This document shows positions 39,247 through 52,346 of a stretch of 64,000 nt of DNA, one piece after another (position 1 is the stretch's first letter; the number at the start of each line of letters is the position of its first letter). Origin of the DNA: Trichosphaerium sp. ATCC 40318 (lineage: Eukaryota; Protista; Tubulinea); NCBI GenBank assembly GCA_038496445.1, contig JALMLS010000320.1, positions 62,001 through 126,000 of the forward strand, in the 5' to 3' direction. The notes below the pieces were generated by a model. It saw nothing but the letters and a program-made list of their open reading frames with translations, was not told the DNA's origin and made no database searches. The position numbers were made by a program, and so were the translations under genes.

Positions 39247-39551
39247 TCAGGTTTTTTGCAACATAGCTGTCTGAAAAGCAGCATTGGATTCTTCGTACAC
39301 CTCCACCATCTCATTGTCACTACCAGATTCGTGATCATCGGTATTTGTATCGTTACCAGGTACTGTAGGTTCCTTTGGAGCTTTGGAATAAGATACAATA
39401 GCCAATCCAGGAAAGTCTTCGCAAACTGACGCTGTTACGAGTTCGTATTTCCTCCTCACAGAGCTGCTAGTTGTAGCTCTGTTCGTGAAAAACAACTTAG
39501 GGTGAAGTAGCACATTGCTTGGCTCTTCGTGTACATACAAAGGAGGTCCTG
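39247..39551 (-). CDS. Hypothetical terminal exon with acidic low-complexity end
   Basis: 97-aa open frame preceded by a CAG acceptor; no family recognised. Confidence 0.25.
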
Positions 39552-39798
39552 GTGAAAGAAAAATTGGAAAGTTTGGGTAACAAAATCACGTGTTTCCACA
39601 AGACAATTTGGCGAAGCGCTGTTGACGAAGTACTTATCGAGATACTGTCACGTGTTTGATACAAAAAGGTATTGAGGGAGTACCAATATTTTACAGAAAA
39701 CCATTTATTTGTCGAGCTCTTATATTAAAAAAGTATGTACAGAATTTAAAACTGACATTTGTTATTCAATAAATAATGTTCTTCTTAAACTTCACGCC

Positions 39799-41630
39799 TC
39801 AAGGTTGTCTTGATTTTTCAGCTATGATTGATGCGAACTCTTTGGAAGTAATATCGAATGATACATTAGCATTGCGTTTAGGACAGAACCAGGTTACTGT
39901 TGATTGTATCTTCAAAACAGCTTCGATTTCTGCAAATGCTGATTTCCAAACCCTTTCTTTATCAGTTTTGAATGAAAATCTCCATGAGTTTCCTTTCCGT
40001 CTCTTATCAAGGACATTTGCCCATCTAGGATAAACATTAGAAACAATAAGAACTATTTGGCCTCAAAGGGTAAGAATAAACTCCGAGAATACAGACATTA
40101 ACTAGCAATCACGTGCAGCAATGCGGACATTCGTAAAGAAAAACGCACCTCTTTATTGATTTATACGCTCCGTAACTGTCTCTCGGACGCTTATTTTTAT
40201 ACTGATTAAACACTCCAACAGCAGTCATGAACAAGTTATCATTACTAGCGAAGCATTTAGAGATAGATTTGTGAATTTTATCGGAGTTTTGTTTCGAAAT
40301 ATCTCGAATTTTGAAAATAAGGCCCTTCATATGGTATAACAAACCACGTTGTACCATATGAAGTGGGTTTTGAAAACGTGTTTAGTACTAAAATATCTAG
40401 AACTCGCGAATTGTCTAGTTTTGCGAGTTTATCAGTTTAGTTTATCTAGATATCAAAGATATCTAAACATCTCTTCTAATTGAGGAACATTTGTTCGCGA
40501 AGAAAAAAAGGTAAAAAACGTACAAGACCAAAAATACATCGTTCTCCCTATGAACCCCCAATTCCAATTCTACCGTCATACATACAGCGTATAGGTAAGG
40601 TTTCTTACTCTTGCCCATTACGCGCTGTAGTAGCGGTTGGGCACTCAATGGTAGGGAGGAGTTACGATTTGCCTCAGAAGTACCATCCTAAAGCAAAAAT
40701 TACTTGAAATGAAATTTTGGGAAAAAATGGAAGCTAAGAACAGATTTCTTAGGTGTCTTTGTTCTGTTAAGAATCAGTATTAATTACCTCACAGATGACA
40801 TCAGATCCTGGTGAACTTAAGGGTGGATACAGAGCATGATGGTGTTGCCCAACCGTAAGGCTTTGAGGTGAGGTATTTATTGGATCAATAAACGCGTTGT
40901 TTGGATACGGAGATTGTATTTGTATTCTTTCTTGTTTGACGATCGCATGTAATGGTGCTGGTTTTTCACGCGGTATAGGTAACGTGAAGTAATTCGGAAT
41001 GAGATCTGTATCACGTGCTGTCACAAACTGATTTATGTCGTTATAACTCAAGGTATACTCGCTTTGATGTTGTGGGAATGATAGCATAGGCCTTTTGCTC
41101 TCTGGTTGTACCGGAGTACTGTGTACTAAAAAAAGATTATTCAATTGAAATGATACACACGTGATTTCAACCGTCAAAACTCTATGTTTTTTGGTTCGAA
41201 CGTTACGAACAAACAGGAAAAAGTGAGTGCTAGATTTCGGTGCGACGCTGTGCGTGCCATAAAAAAGGAGTTTTTTATGAGACGACCTACGACATAGAAA
41301 AGATAGGTAATAACGAGAAGTTTAAAGAAACGATCAGTGTTGAAGTAATTTTGAGAGAAATGTTTGAGGTTTTTTCGGTGAGTTGAATTTACGCTTACCT
41401 TGGTTGTATTTTGTGTAATGACTTGGTGGAGTTGAGACTCTACGTTGTGCGTTCCAGGGTGGTAAAACATGTTGTCCATTGACAAAGCTTACTCGAGGTC
41501 GTTCTGTATACCTCCTACGATGTTGTGGAATAGTTTTAAAATAGTTTTTTCTTATAGTTGAAATGTTATCCATGCTAGTTAATGTATCTCTTGGATATGG
41601 TGTTCGCGAATTGATGCTCATTTTATCCAC
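39799..41630 (-). CDS. Hypothetical multi-exon protein, P/Q/S-rich N-terminal half
   Basis: Several same-strand ORFs separated by intron-like A/T tracts; last exon YPRWANVLDKRRKGNSWRFSFK...EKSRQP*. Gene model uncertain. Confidence 0.4.
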
Positions 41631-42081
41631 GTTTTTTGTATTTTAAAAATTTTATATTGCCGGACCCAAAGTGACCATGCGTGAGTAGTGACATACCATT
41701 AAACGACTGTTTGGCATAAAATATAATGTTTAAAACATACGAGAGTGTAAGATGACATGAAAAAAATCCAGCATATTTCGCGACAATGTTGTGCAGTAAA
41801 AAAAATCTGGTTTTTGTAGTTTTTTTTTTTCTATTGATACAATAATGGCTATCAACAGAAGTTTTTTTAGTTTTGTGCTCGGAGGTCTCTTACGCAAATA
41901 TTCACTGTAAAATAGTGGTGTTTGGCGTTTGTGTTCACTAAAAACAAAAAGAGAAAGTTGGTTTTTGGTAGTTTTTTTGGTTTATTTTTTTATAGTTTAC
42001 AAACACGTGATAGCGACTTGCCTCAGAAGTACTTCAGTGAAGATTGTCACGCTATTTTTTCCAATATTGCGTCACAATAAA

Positions 42082-44902
42082 CTAAATGCTGTCAACGTAC
42101 TCCTTCGGTTCATTAAAGTCGTCATCGTCAGCATAGTCCATAGCGTTAGTGTTATGAGTTGAAAAATCATCACCAAAGTCATCTTCATCTGCGTAATCCA
42201 TTTCATCATCTTTGCCTATATTACGTGTATCTGTATTCAGCGCATTGCTATTAATACCAAAACGTTCTATAAATGATGCTCCAAGCAATCCATGAGTAGT
42301 TCTCTGTACATGTGGTACTGGTACTAAATCTGTTTCATCGAGTTTTTTAGAAACATAGTTCAGGATTTGTTTCATTGATGATCTTTCTCTCTTGTGGAAT
42401 TGTAGTGACATATTCATAAGCTTTGCAATCTTTGGACAATTTTCTGGCCTAAAAACAGAAAATGTCACGTCAGAAATCACGTGTTATTGGGACAAACCAA
42501 CAAAAAAAAAAGGGCACGTACCTTTCAAGCTGTATGGCATTCCTTGCGACAGATTGTATCACGTCTGTAACATTTGAAAGATAATGGTACGGGGTCTGTC
42601 TGAAGAACATCTAAATTGGTGGTTAACTCGAGACAAACCATACAAAAAGATACAAGTTCGAAATTAATGCTGTTTGATCCGTTTTGAGAATAGAATGCGC
42701 GTGTTTTGTATGTACCTCGTAAAGCAGACATCCAAACATCCAAACGTCACTTTCTTTACTATATTGAATACCTCCTTCCCGCACAATCAAAGACTCTGGT
42801 GCCTAAACTGTTGGTTAAAGAAGAATCCAACGAACTTTTTTTATTTTGTTGAATAATACCATCCATCGAGGTGGACACACTTTCGTTTGTGTCCACTTTG
42901 TAGAGTCTTGCGCACCCATGTGCCTAGAAAACCCAAAATCTGTAACTTTAGCTTGATGCGTAAGCGTTATTAAAATGTTTCCTAGTTGTTATGGTCAGTC
43001 AAAACCGTTACTAACTAGCTAACAGAAACCAGGAAAAAAAACAAAACATTTCCAAAACAACTCAAACTTGGCTGTGAACACAAGGCGCAAGTATTTGGTC
43101 TAAATAAAAAGCCTGGCGCAAAAAAAATCGAGGTTGTCGTACTAGACGCTATATCTCTGTGTACAACATGACAACAATGTAAATGATGTATACCTTACTG
43201 AATGTTAGTAATTTCTAACGTTTTGAAGTTGACACAAAAGCGTACCAGCGCTGACATTCCGTATAACGCCTATCAGAAATCTAGGAGATAAGTCTTCGCT
43301 CCTTTCATAAATATAATCTTGAAGAGATCCACCAGCAACATACTCAAGCACCAAACCAAGCTTATCATGCTTAGTCCTTGTCAAGCCTGAAAAACAAAAG
43401 TCAGATTATCTATCACACGTGATATCCACGTGCCATAGAAATTTACAACGAATGGATGCGGTGGTAGGCGACTCAATTGCGATAACTCTGCTGTACAAAG
43501 AATTAATAACATGAATGCAAAAAAGGAAGAAACGTACATAGTAAACTTTCCGTAGAACCTTGAAGAAACTGTTTCACCGCAACCTGAACACCGCAAGTAA
43601 GAGATATGTCGTAAAATTATAATATAAGGACATACGTGTGCGCCTCTCCATGTAGCCAAATTTACAGTCGCTTGAGCTCTATATACAGCGAGTGAGATAT
43701 TTTTTTTCAAAAAGTGATCAGAATAATGTGCTTTTCGATGTAAAATAAGTGGTCTAACCCTGAACCCAGTGTATGTTCTATTTCTAGCTCTTTATAAGAT
43801 ATATGCGTTAATCCTCTGTCTGTTTCTAGTTCTTTTATTTTCTTCATTAGATTTGTAATCTCTGACTTTAGGGTTCCAATTTGATTATCACGACCAACAA
43901 GTATTGAAGTTAGTTTTTGTTTTTTGGCTTTCAGCTTATTGTAATCTTGTATAGGCACAACTGAATCAATGTTGACTGCGCCTGGATCAGAGTTTCTATG
44001 GACAGACATAAAACCAGTACTAAAAGCGACGATTAGGTCAAGATGTGAAGAGGGAAGGTAGTCAGAAAATGTACACAAAAATAAAAATAAAAAAGGTTTA
44101 TAAAACCTAAAAAAATACGCACTCTGGTGGTTGCCAAGAAGAAGAAGAAAAGGCGGTCACAGCGGCATTTCGTTTTAGAGATCGTCTACCAGATATTGTA
44201 TTACTCTTATTCTTTCTACTAGGTAATACATCAGAAGAAAAAGAAAGTTTTGTATTTTTATTTCTAAATTTTATTTCAAAAAAGATCGCGCACGTGGTGC
44301 ACGGGGTTACAACGTCTGAGAACGACTGGCTGATACTATGGCGTCAAAGAGTAAAAAAAATGTCTCTTTTGTTTTGTTGTAACAAGTAATCGTATTTTGT
44401 TTCATACACGTACCTGCGACTTGATACCTCTGGAAGAGAAGATGCAGAAGCATTAGGCGATCCTTTACTTGATGGAAACTCACTCATATATTCAGTATGA
44501 CGCGTACGCTTTATAGGCCACTATAGAAAAGGAGGTAAACAGTTTGTCAATTTCCTTCAAGTAAACGGGGAAAAAAAAAGATTGTCAACCTCTTTCTCCG
44601 GATTTGATTCTGTATGAGCTGTGGAGGTGTCAAAATTAATAACCATAACGTCGTTATCCTTCCTTGGTATACGGACAACGCCACGCTTGCTCAATTTACG
44701 AGCTTTTTCAATCTCTCTAGACATTTTACGTCCAAAAAACTCCCACTCATTTCTAGAGTTCCAAAACCTATATTTTTTAGTAAATATAAAGTAGTACTAT
44801 CACGTGGTAAGGTTTTTGTTTTGATCAAGCGAATCAAAAATAAATAAAACCACAAAAACTAGTAATGACGTACATCCATCTTGTCTTTGCCCTTAAGGAC
44901 AT
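42082..44902 (-). CDS. Tyrosine-kinase-type (TK/TKL) protein kinase with N-terminal WWE-like domain and coiled coil
   Basis: LGSGAQATV, VAVKQF, HPFVVNFYG, HRDIASRNIL, DFGFSR, PPRWMAPE, SDVWMFG; N-terminus WMFWNSRNEWEFF...IEKA...VINFD...WPIKR. Confidence 0.88.
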
Positions 44903-45282
44903 GATGCCTTTATAATTAAAAACTTAAATTTGCTGTCCGTGCTGTATTTGCAGTGCAATAGTAAACCAAGGATTTTCAGTTACTTGAATTTATCTTGACT
45001 TCTTTAACTGTTTTTACCCTTCACGTGCATAACCTCATAACAACTCTTCAATAGTGACTTTCTTTTATTGCCACTATTAGTGTATTGTGATTGTGAGTCT
45101 TTACCATCATAAATGTTCAACATCACGTGATGTACAAGGCCCAAAAAAAATAAATAACAACAGCGACAAATCTTTGCTTTTATAATTTTTTTTATTTGTT
45201 TCAATAAAAACTGTTAGTTGTTTTACAAATGCATGGCCAGCGGAGAATAATGTGGTTTTTCTTTTTAGAGTAATACGTAAAT

Positions 45283-47218
45283 CTATACCAGTGGCCATGG
45301 TCCTTCTGGTGGTGTGTAGTAACGACCAGCTTCTTGCTCTTGAGACAATTCGTCGAGGAGTGCTTCAGACCTAAAAAATCGTAAGCTGAAAAAAACAACA
45401 AAGCAATACCTGTAACGACGTAAATAGTCTACAGCTGACTCTTCAACTCTCAATAGAGACTTTTGTGTCATACCCAAGTCCTTACAAGACAAGGCTTCAT
45501 CAGGAACAATCCTATCACTAGTTTCCTTCAAAGGAGACGAGTTCAAACGCCGTTGCCATGGATGTAAAACAAACACTTTTTCTTGCACTTTAGCCATCAT
45601 GCTAACAAAGAGATTAGCAACAATGGTAACCTCCAAATACAACAAGTCCTCCTCAACAAACGGAGGTGAGTACGTACTACATAATTGGCCAAGGAATAAC
45701 AGAAATACGTCTATTGTAATGACCAGTTTCTTTGCGAACATAATGAACGAGATCGGCCTCACGGTAAACCTGAAAAAAAAAACACAATTAGTATCTTGTT
45801 AACCAGAACGCTTATTAAATTTTTTGTGTTCACTAAATTGATTGAGGGATACTTACAACTGGTCCACCAACATGGTATGTTTTACCAGCAGCGCTAGGCA
45901 TATCAATAGATCGAACAACAGCTTCTGCAAGATCATTTACCTAGAAAGAAGTAAGCAACGGTAACAAACACAACAAAATAAATCGTTTTTTAAAAAACCG
46001 ATGGCGTTAGACGTGCCCACAATGGTTGATATAATCGCTCTGGTTCAGTGAGCATAAAAAGAGGCCACTTGGCCATCATGGAACCCATATTATTTAGCAA
46101 TCTAAGCGAGTGAGTAAGCCAAAAAAGGGTTAAAAATAAACCACAAAAAAAAAATGAATTTACTGAAAAAATAATAAACATTTGCGTGTATTTGAATTAA
46201 CGCCAGTGGCTTTCACTTATGAAAACGCTCGTACGTGTCACCGTCTCCAAACAAATCACAAGCCTTAATTATAGTAGCTTGCGGAAATGCTGCCAAAACT
46301 GCGTCTTCACCTTGTTTCTTGAGCCTGTAGTATTCGCTCGGCGAGTCATGAGAAGCGCAAATATGTGATACATGTACAAGACGCTTTACGCCCATCTCAG
46401 CACAAGCCTAGTGAAACACACTCAGTACTAGTTATGTCGTTGATGTAAAATAGCAATAGTAATCAGAGAACCAACTAAGCAGCGTTACGTACCTTTGCAA
46501 TGAGGTATGGACCATTTACAAGTACTTCTTCGTATGTAAAACTTTTTGTTGGGTATTGACGATCAACAGCTGTAATAACGACTTCGCTGTGTTTTACTGC
46601 ATTAAGAATAGAGTCGTAGTGGCGAATATCCCATCGCACTGGCGAGAGGTTAGTGTACAGGATTTAAATTCAAAAAACCCTCCTTTAGCGGCTATTCTTG
46701 TTTCTTGAGTGTGAAATCAGCGTACCTGGTACAATTTGACCCAAATCACCCATGACTTTGTAATCACGAATTTTTGTTTCTTCTCCTCTGAAAGGTAGTA
46801 CTACTTGTGTACCAACGCGTCCTAGCGTAATTTTGTCAATAATTATGACAATCAGCTAAAAACTTGATTATACCTAGACGAGCGGATAGGGAACGTCCAA
46901 GGAACCCAGTGTTACCAAAGATTGTCGTAATTAAGCCTGTAGTGGACGAACGACCACCAGAAGCAAGAGAATTTTTCACTCGTGAGCCAGTATCACGCGA
47001 AAATATATCATCTCCCCATTTTCTAGAGCGTGACATACTACCTTTTGGTTTTGGTTTCTGAGTAGCATATGCCTGTATTTCGTTATTTTCATGCTATTAG
47101 TGGAGCTATTCGTACCCTCTTAGTCGTGCGTTGCACAATTGCTCCACGAGAGCCTAATTGTATTAATATTTCGCCCACACAAAAGCAATTTACCGTATAA
47201 CGCGCTCTTAGAAAGCAT
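45283..47218 (-). CDS. NDUFA9: NADH dehydrogenase 1 alpha subcomplex subunit 9 (39 kDa)
   Basis: GGRSSTTGLITTIFGNTGFLGR, QVVLPFRG, KVMGDLGQIVP; mitochondrial presequence-like N-terminus. Confidence 0.95.
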
Positions 47219-47324
47219 ACTGTAGTTGTTTAATCTAGCGCCTATTTATCTACCAATTTCGTAAATTGTTTTCTGTTGAGAGAAAAAATCACGCAACATA
47301 ATACTCACTGATTTGCTCTCTACA

Positions 47325-47690
47325 ATGAGCTCTCTGGATGGCCAACAGAGAGACGAAACGATTGACGGTAATATAACGCTGTTTAATAGTTTAAACTGAA
47401 AAATTGAGTTAGTACTACACGAAATGTCTAATTTGATGGGTTGCGGATTGAACAAAGAGACCCTTGAGATTGTTGTAGCGTTGATAGCTCAAGGTAAACA
47501 CTTGTTAACATTTAATCATTAAAACACGCGTAGGAGTAAGCCCTGAAGCTCTTGCCGCCACAATAAAGGTACAATAACTTTAAACGACAGTCTGACATGA
47601 AACATGCTATAAACGCTCTTTTGTCCACAATAATTTATACGTACGTAGTCACTACGCAATATAGAAGGCCAGAGCAACGAAAATGAATAA
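47325..47690 (+). CDS. MZT1: Mitotic-spindle organizing protein 1 (MOZART1)
   Basis: Four exons: ETIDVLHEMSNLMGCGLNKETLEIVVALIAQGVSPEALAATIKSLR. Confidence 0.9.
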
Positions 47691-47790
47691 ATGGCGGGTA
47701 CGCAAAAAACACCAAAAAAAAAAATCAAACAATTTATTTAAAACTTATGTACACGCATTCAAATGACTTGAAAGACTCAACTCAAATGTT

Positions 47791-49059
47791 CTATAGGATC
47801 TTGAGAAATAAAATTGAGAAAAGTGTCCCTGAGAGACTCATCCTTGGCCCAATTGACACCACTCTCTAGAATCATAGCCTATTAAACACCTTGTAAATAA
47901 CAGAAAGACAAAATTAGAAAATCTTTTTTTTTTTGATTCTAGAAAAAGTATCCAAACCTCAAAGACGCTACGAAGTAACGTATTCTGCTGTTGCTTGGCC
48001 AATAATTCTTGTTGTTTTTGTTGCATTTCATCATCACTCCAACTACATTGTTCTTCTACGTCCATTTCATTTGATGTATACTCCTGGTACTTCTCACTGT
48101 TACTTTCTTTAAGCTCTATCATACAAAAAAAGTCAACAAAAAAAAAATGTCACAAATATTATTTCAACCCTTAACGCACTTAAAATGATTTGTTGCTGTT
48201 CGCGGCACTCAGCATCAAGTTGCTTTAGCTCTTCGTGTAGATTTAAAAATGTAGTCACTTTGTCATCGCGTATTTTGAACTTCTCACGAAGAATTCTTAA
48301 TGAAGAGTTATGAGAAAAAATCGAATAGCAAAAAAAAAAGTGTCAAACGACTAAATCATGCATACTTGTCTTGTGTTGTCTGGTTCTCGGGTTGAGGGAA
48401 TATTAAGTTCCTCATTACAGGTTGCTCTGCAACTCTAAAAGACGTGGTAAGAACTTTGTAGTAAGTGAAAAAAAGGAATGACATTAAGAAAAGTAACCGT
48501 TTTTTTTCAAGATTGTTAATATACTGCTGCAGTGCTTGGCGTTAGCGTGTAATTGACGTTTTTACTAACCTTCGCGTCAGTAACTTATCTTGAAGCACTT
48601 TATCTTTTATTTCTCGCAATGACGCCTGTAGTGCCGCTGCTTGATCATTTAGAACGTTAATTTGCCATTCTTCTGTTTAAGTGTCAGATACTTGTAGATT
48701 AAGAATGTAAGCAAATTTTCATACCGTCTGTTGCGTCTGCTGGTAGCTGTATATCAGAAGTATCATTCGTTAGAACGTTATAGAATTGTAGTCTTTGTTT
48801 GAGATGTTGTAACCGACTGTATAGCGTATACAACTTATCCTTTATCTTGTCTGGTATTTTTATAGCCTAAATACACCATTATTACTGAAAAATAGAGCTT
48901 TTGTACCCCAATCGGTGTATTCACCACAGTTTGTAATAAATCTGTGCACGATTCTTGTATAGACTGATATAAGGCTGCTACCTTCTCTTCTTCCTAACGT
49001 TTTGTTAAATTTGCCTTACATAGGTTATACCGATGCTTGACGCGTATTTTTCCCTCCAT
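47791..49059 (-). CDS. CENPH: Centromere protein H-like coiled-coil protein
   Basis: C-terminal RSVFEAMILESGVNWAKDESLRDTFL matches the CENP-H/Fta3 motif (LILGSxVNWAED). Confidence 0.8.
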
Positions 49060-49183
49060 TGGAGCGGTTCGAAGACCGTTGAGAGTTATGCATGGAGTAC
49101 AAGCGAGAAAATTTAAAACTACGTAAATGGATTAAGTCACTGTCCAAAAACGCCTTTACTACTCTTAATAAACTTCCAAGAGG

Positions 49184-51946
49184 ATGAAAACAACACATAT
49201 GTACTATCTATTGTTTCTACTAGCGTATTAGCTTGCTAACGACTTTTAGATCATCTGTTATAGTTAATAGTCAGCAAACTGCTATATCGCGGCCTAAAAA
49301 GCGCAGAAGAGTAGTTAAACAAGCTTGTGACACATGTAAAAAAAGACATTCAAAGTGCTCAGGAACAAAACCTTGCGAGCGATGTAGCAGGTTGTGCATC
49401 ACGTGTATTTTCTCAGCACCCAAAAAGAGAGGTCCAGCAGAAGGCGAGGATCTTTTTAAAACTTCAACCGGTCAAATTATTCACCGAGAATCTTAGACAG
49501 TGACAAACGTTGGATTTTCATAAAACCTAAAATAATGCATTTTAAATCACGTGCCTATTTAATTGGCTTTTTGATCTTTTTTTTTTTCAAAATCGACTTG
49601 ACAGGCTTATTTTCGAATTAGGGTGGCAAGCTCAACACTTTGCTGAGTTGGACAACGTTAAAAAAGAACTACAAGATACTAAACGCGACGCAGCTAGATG
49701 GAAAAAGCTGTATCAACGTAGTGTTAAGGTACGGATTTTGGGTTTATTGACGACATGTTGAGTCTTTTATCCCACGCTTGGTTGACTATCGATAGGCTTC
49801 AAAGTGGAAAAAGGAGTCCCACTTTGCCTTGAGCGCATCAACGGCAGGGTATATAGAAGTGTACCGCCAGTGCTTACCTTACTTTGTATGTGTATTTTTT
49901 GACGTTGGTAAAAACTTGTTTACTTGCAAATAGAACCCGCCGAAATTGGAAACTCCTGCTATTCTAGATGCGCTACAGGATAGTTCAAGTGTGTTCACTT
50001 TTCATTCGCTTAATTATTGACAATTGTAGATTGGCTAGTATGTCCTCATATGCTCGTAGCTCTGATGAGTATGGCATGGGGATCGCTTCTTCAAGGATTT
50101 AAAAATCATGCTGATAGTTTTATAAACATGAGTAAACAAATCATGAGGAACTTATTTGATTCAGAAGACGTTATTGTTGCAAGTAAGGTTTCTTTAAAAG
50201 TTATTTTCTAAAGCCTTCAATATATTTTAAATGCAACATATACAAATTTGTCTTCATACAAAGCTTGTAACAGTGCATTAGCAGTAACATAACATTGAAT
50301 TGGTTTTTTGAAAAAGTTGAATGAAATTCGCGAGATATGTTCTTATAATTTATTAGTTGGAGCTTATGCTCTAGGCATGTATTTGGCTGGCTTTGATAAT
50401 ATGTCGCAAGGTGTGTTATACTTAAACATGGCGAAAGGTATGAATATTCTTTCAATATCAATAAATAGTTATGAATAACTTTCAGTCTGTGCTTAGCAAT
50501 AACAGAACGTCTCAAAACAAATTCCTTACTCCCTACCAAAACAGAAGAAAGCGTGTACGCTGCGGTTATTTCTAGAGGAGTAGAGTTGTATGATGTACAG
50601 AACTATCACAAAAAAACAAGGTAAGTAAAGGTGCTCATAACTTGTATTTGTAAGTCGTTTTCCTTAGGACTGAAATTGTGGATGTATATGTTAACATTCA
50701 CGAAGGAGCTCTGTTAAACCTATCAAACAACTTTGACGTATCTGCACGAAAACAGGAGGTTGCTCAAGCACTGTGGGCGGCCACAGCAATGGTAAGAAAG
50801 TATCACGTTTTTGAGGCTAAAACGACTTTAGACTTACTTCAAAATTCTAAGCTTGCCTTGGTATCGAGACTCTTGGGGAGAGTCACCAACAAAGTTTCAA
50901 TATATAGTACAAACATACGTTTTTTTAAGGTACGTTAACTAACTTATATCGAAAACAGGGCTTTGAAGAGTACAAATATCAGATAAAACATCTCAATGAA
51001 AGCAAAGCACTTCTCATTGCTGAACTTGCTCTAACATCGCCTGTCATTGTTTGCTGTTACTCTATATCAATTGAAGCACTAAAAGGCATAGTTGAGCTTG
51101 CTGCTTCTCACAACGAAAGCGCTTTACTAGTATGTAGAAGTGTAGAAGTGTTTTTATGACTAAAAATGTTTAGCAAGCAAGAACAACATGGGCTCAATAT
51201 CAAACTGCTTCTGGTATGAGTTTCTTCCCTGGTAACTCTGGTGCTGTTTATATGTGTTGCTTTGTTGCTATTAAACGCCATGATTTGGAACTTTTCTTTA
51301 GTGTACACATACTAAAATGAAGAAAAATTTGAGATTTATTTTGTTTTAGACATTTGAAGCACTTGCTAAACTTTGTACGTTTTGGAAAAGGGCAAGTTTA
51401 TATTTAAGGTGAGTTTTAGTATCGCTATAATAACATGGGAGTCGTTAATATCTACGTAGATTTGCCTTTGATGAAGCTAAAAGTAATGGAATAAATGTAT
51501 CAAGTTTAACCCATTTGATGGATTCTGTCAGGCAAACTAAGCCAACAACATACACTGAGTTGTAAGTTACAACTTAAAATGATACTACTAGCGAGTATCC
51601 TAACACGTTATTATTGTGTTTTTTTCGTGATACTCATGCGTTTTTAACACTTTCTTTTTTTAGTCTCAAAGGACAGGATGTAACACGTGTTGTCGATAAA
51701 ACAAGAACTATTCCCATTGATATTGAGGAAGTTATTAATGAATCAGAAATGGTTATTGATGGTAGTAATAATATTGAAGTTGGTAATGAAAGAAAGGAAG
51801 AGAACATCTTTGCTGAGACAGTACACAAGCGGGATGCACATGATCTTAACTCTATGTCAGTGTTATCTTCCCCAAGTTCTGATTCTTTTTCTTTTCTGGA
51901 TGGTACTTTTGATGAATTTGAAACCTTGGAAGACTTTCTATCATAA
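49184..51946 (+). CDS. Zn(II)2Cys6 binuclear-cluster transcription factor
   Basis: ACDTCKKRHSKCSGTKPCERCSRLCITCIF followed by PKKRGP, a coiled coil, a helical middle region and an acidic C-terminus. Confidence 0.9.
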
Positions 51947-52346
51947 CTTCTTTTTTATCGTACAAACATAAATATCAATGTACTATAAACAATCTTACCC
52001 CACATACTGTTAGCCCGTCAATTGATAACTATGACGAGAAACAAGCATGGCTGGTAGTACCACAACATATTGACTGGACAGCTAGAGTAACTTAAGTAGA
52101 TGCTTATGTGCGTCCTCTTTTATGTACTAAGCACAAGCACAGCGTTCATAAATCGTTTTTTGCCAAAAGGTGAGGGCATCAAGGTAGAGGTGGCAAATAC
52201 CCGTTCGATACAGCTCCGGTTCTGAGTTATCAGTTTTGTGGCCGAGGTTGGGCAGAGAGGTCACTTTCTGTGAACAGATGCTGGAACTTGCTTCTAGCTC
52301 AGCAGAATTAAGAGAAAAACACAAACAGATGTTAATTTTTATAGAG

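Noticed and set aside
15570-49075. GGTTCGA/TCGAACC T-loop-like words (near 15578, 16688, 41193, 49066)
   Set aside because: No cloverleaf or acceptor stem around them, so they are not tRNAs.
49184-51946. Fungal-type Zn2Cys6 factor as evidence of horizontal transfer or fungal origin
   Set aside because: The family is known in amoebozoans and other protists, and the gene has host-typical introns.
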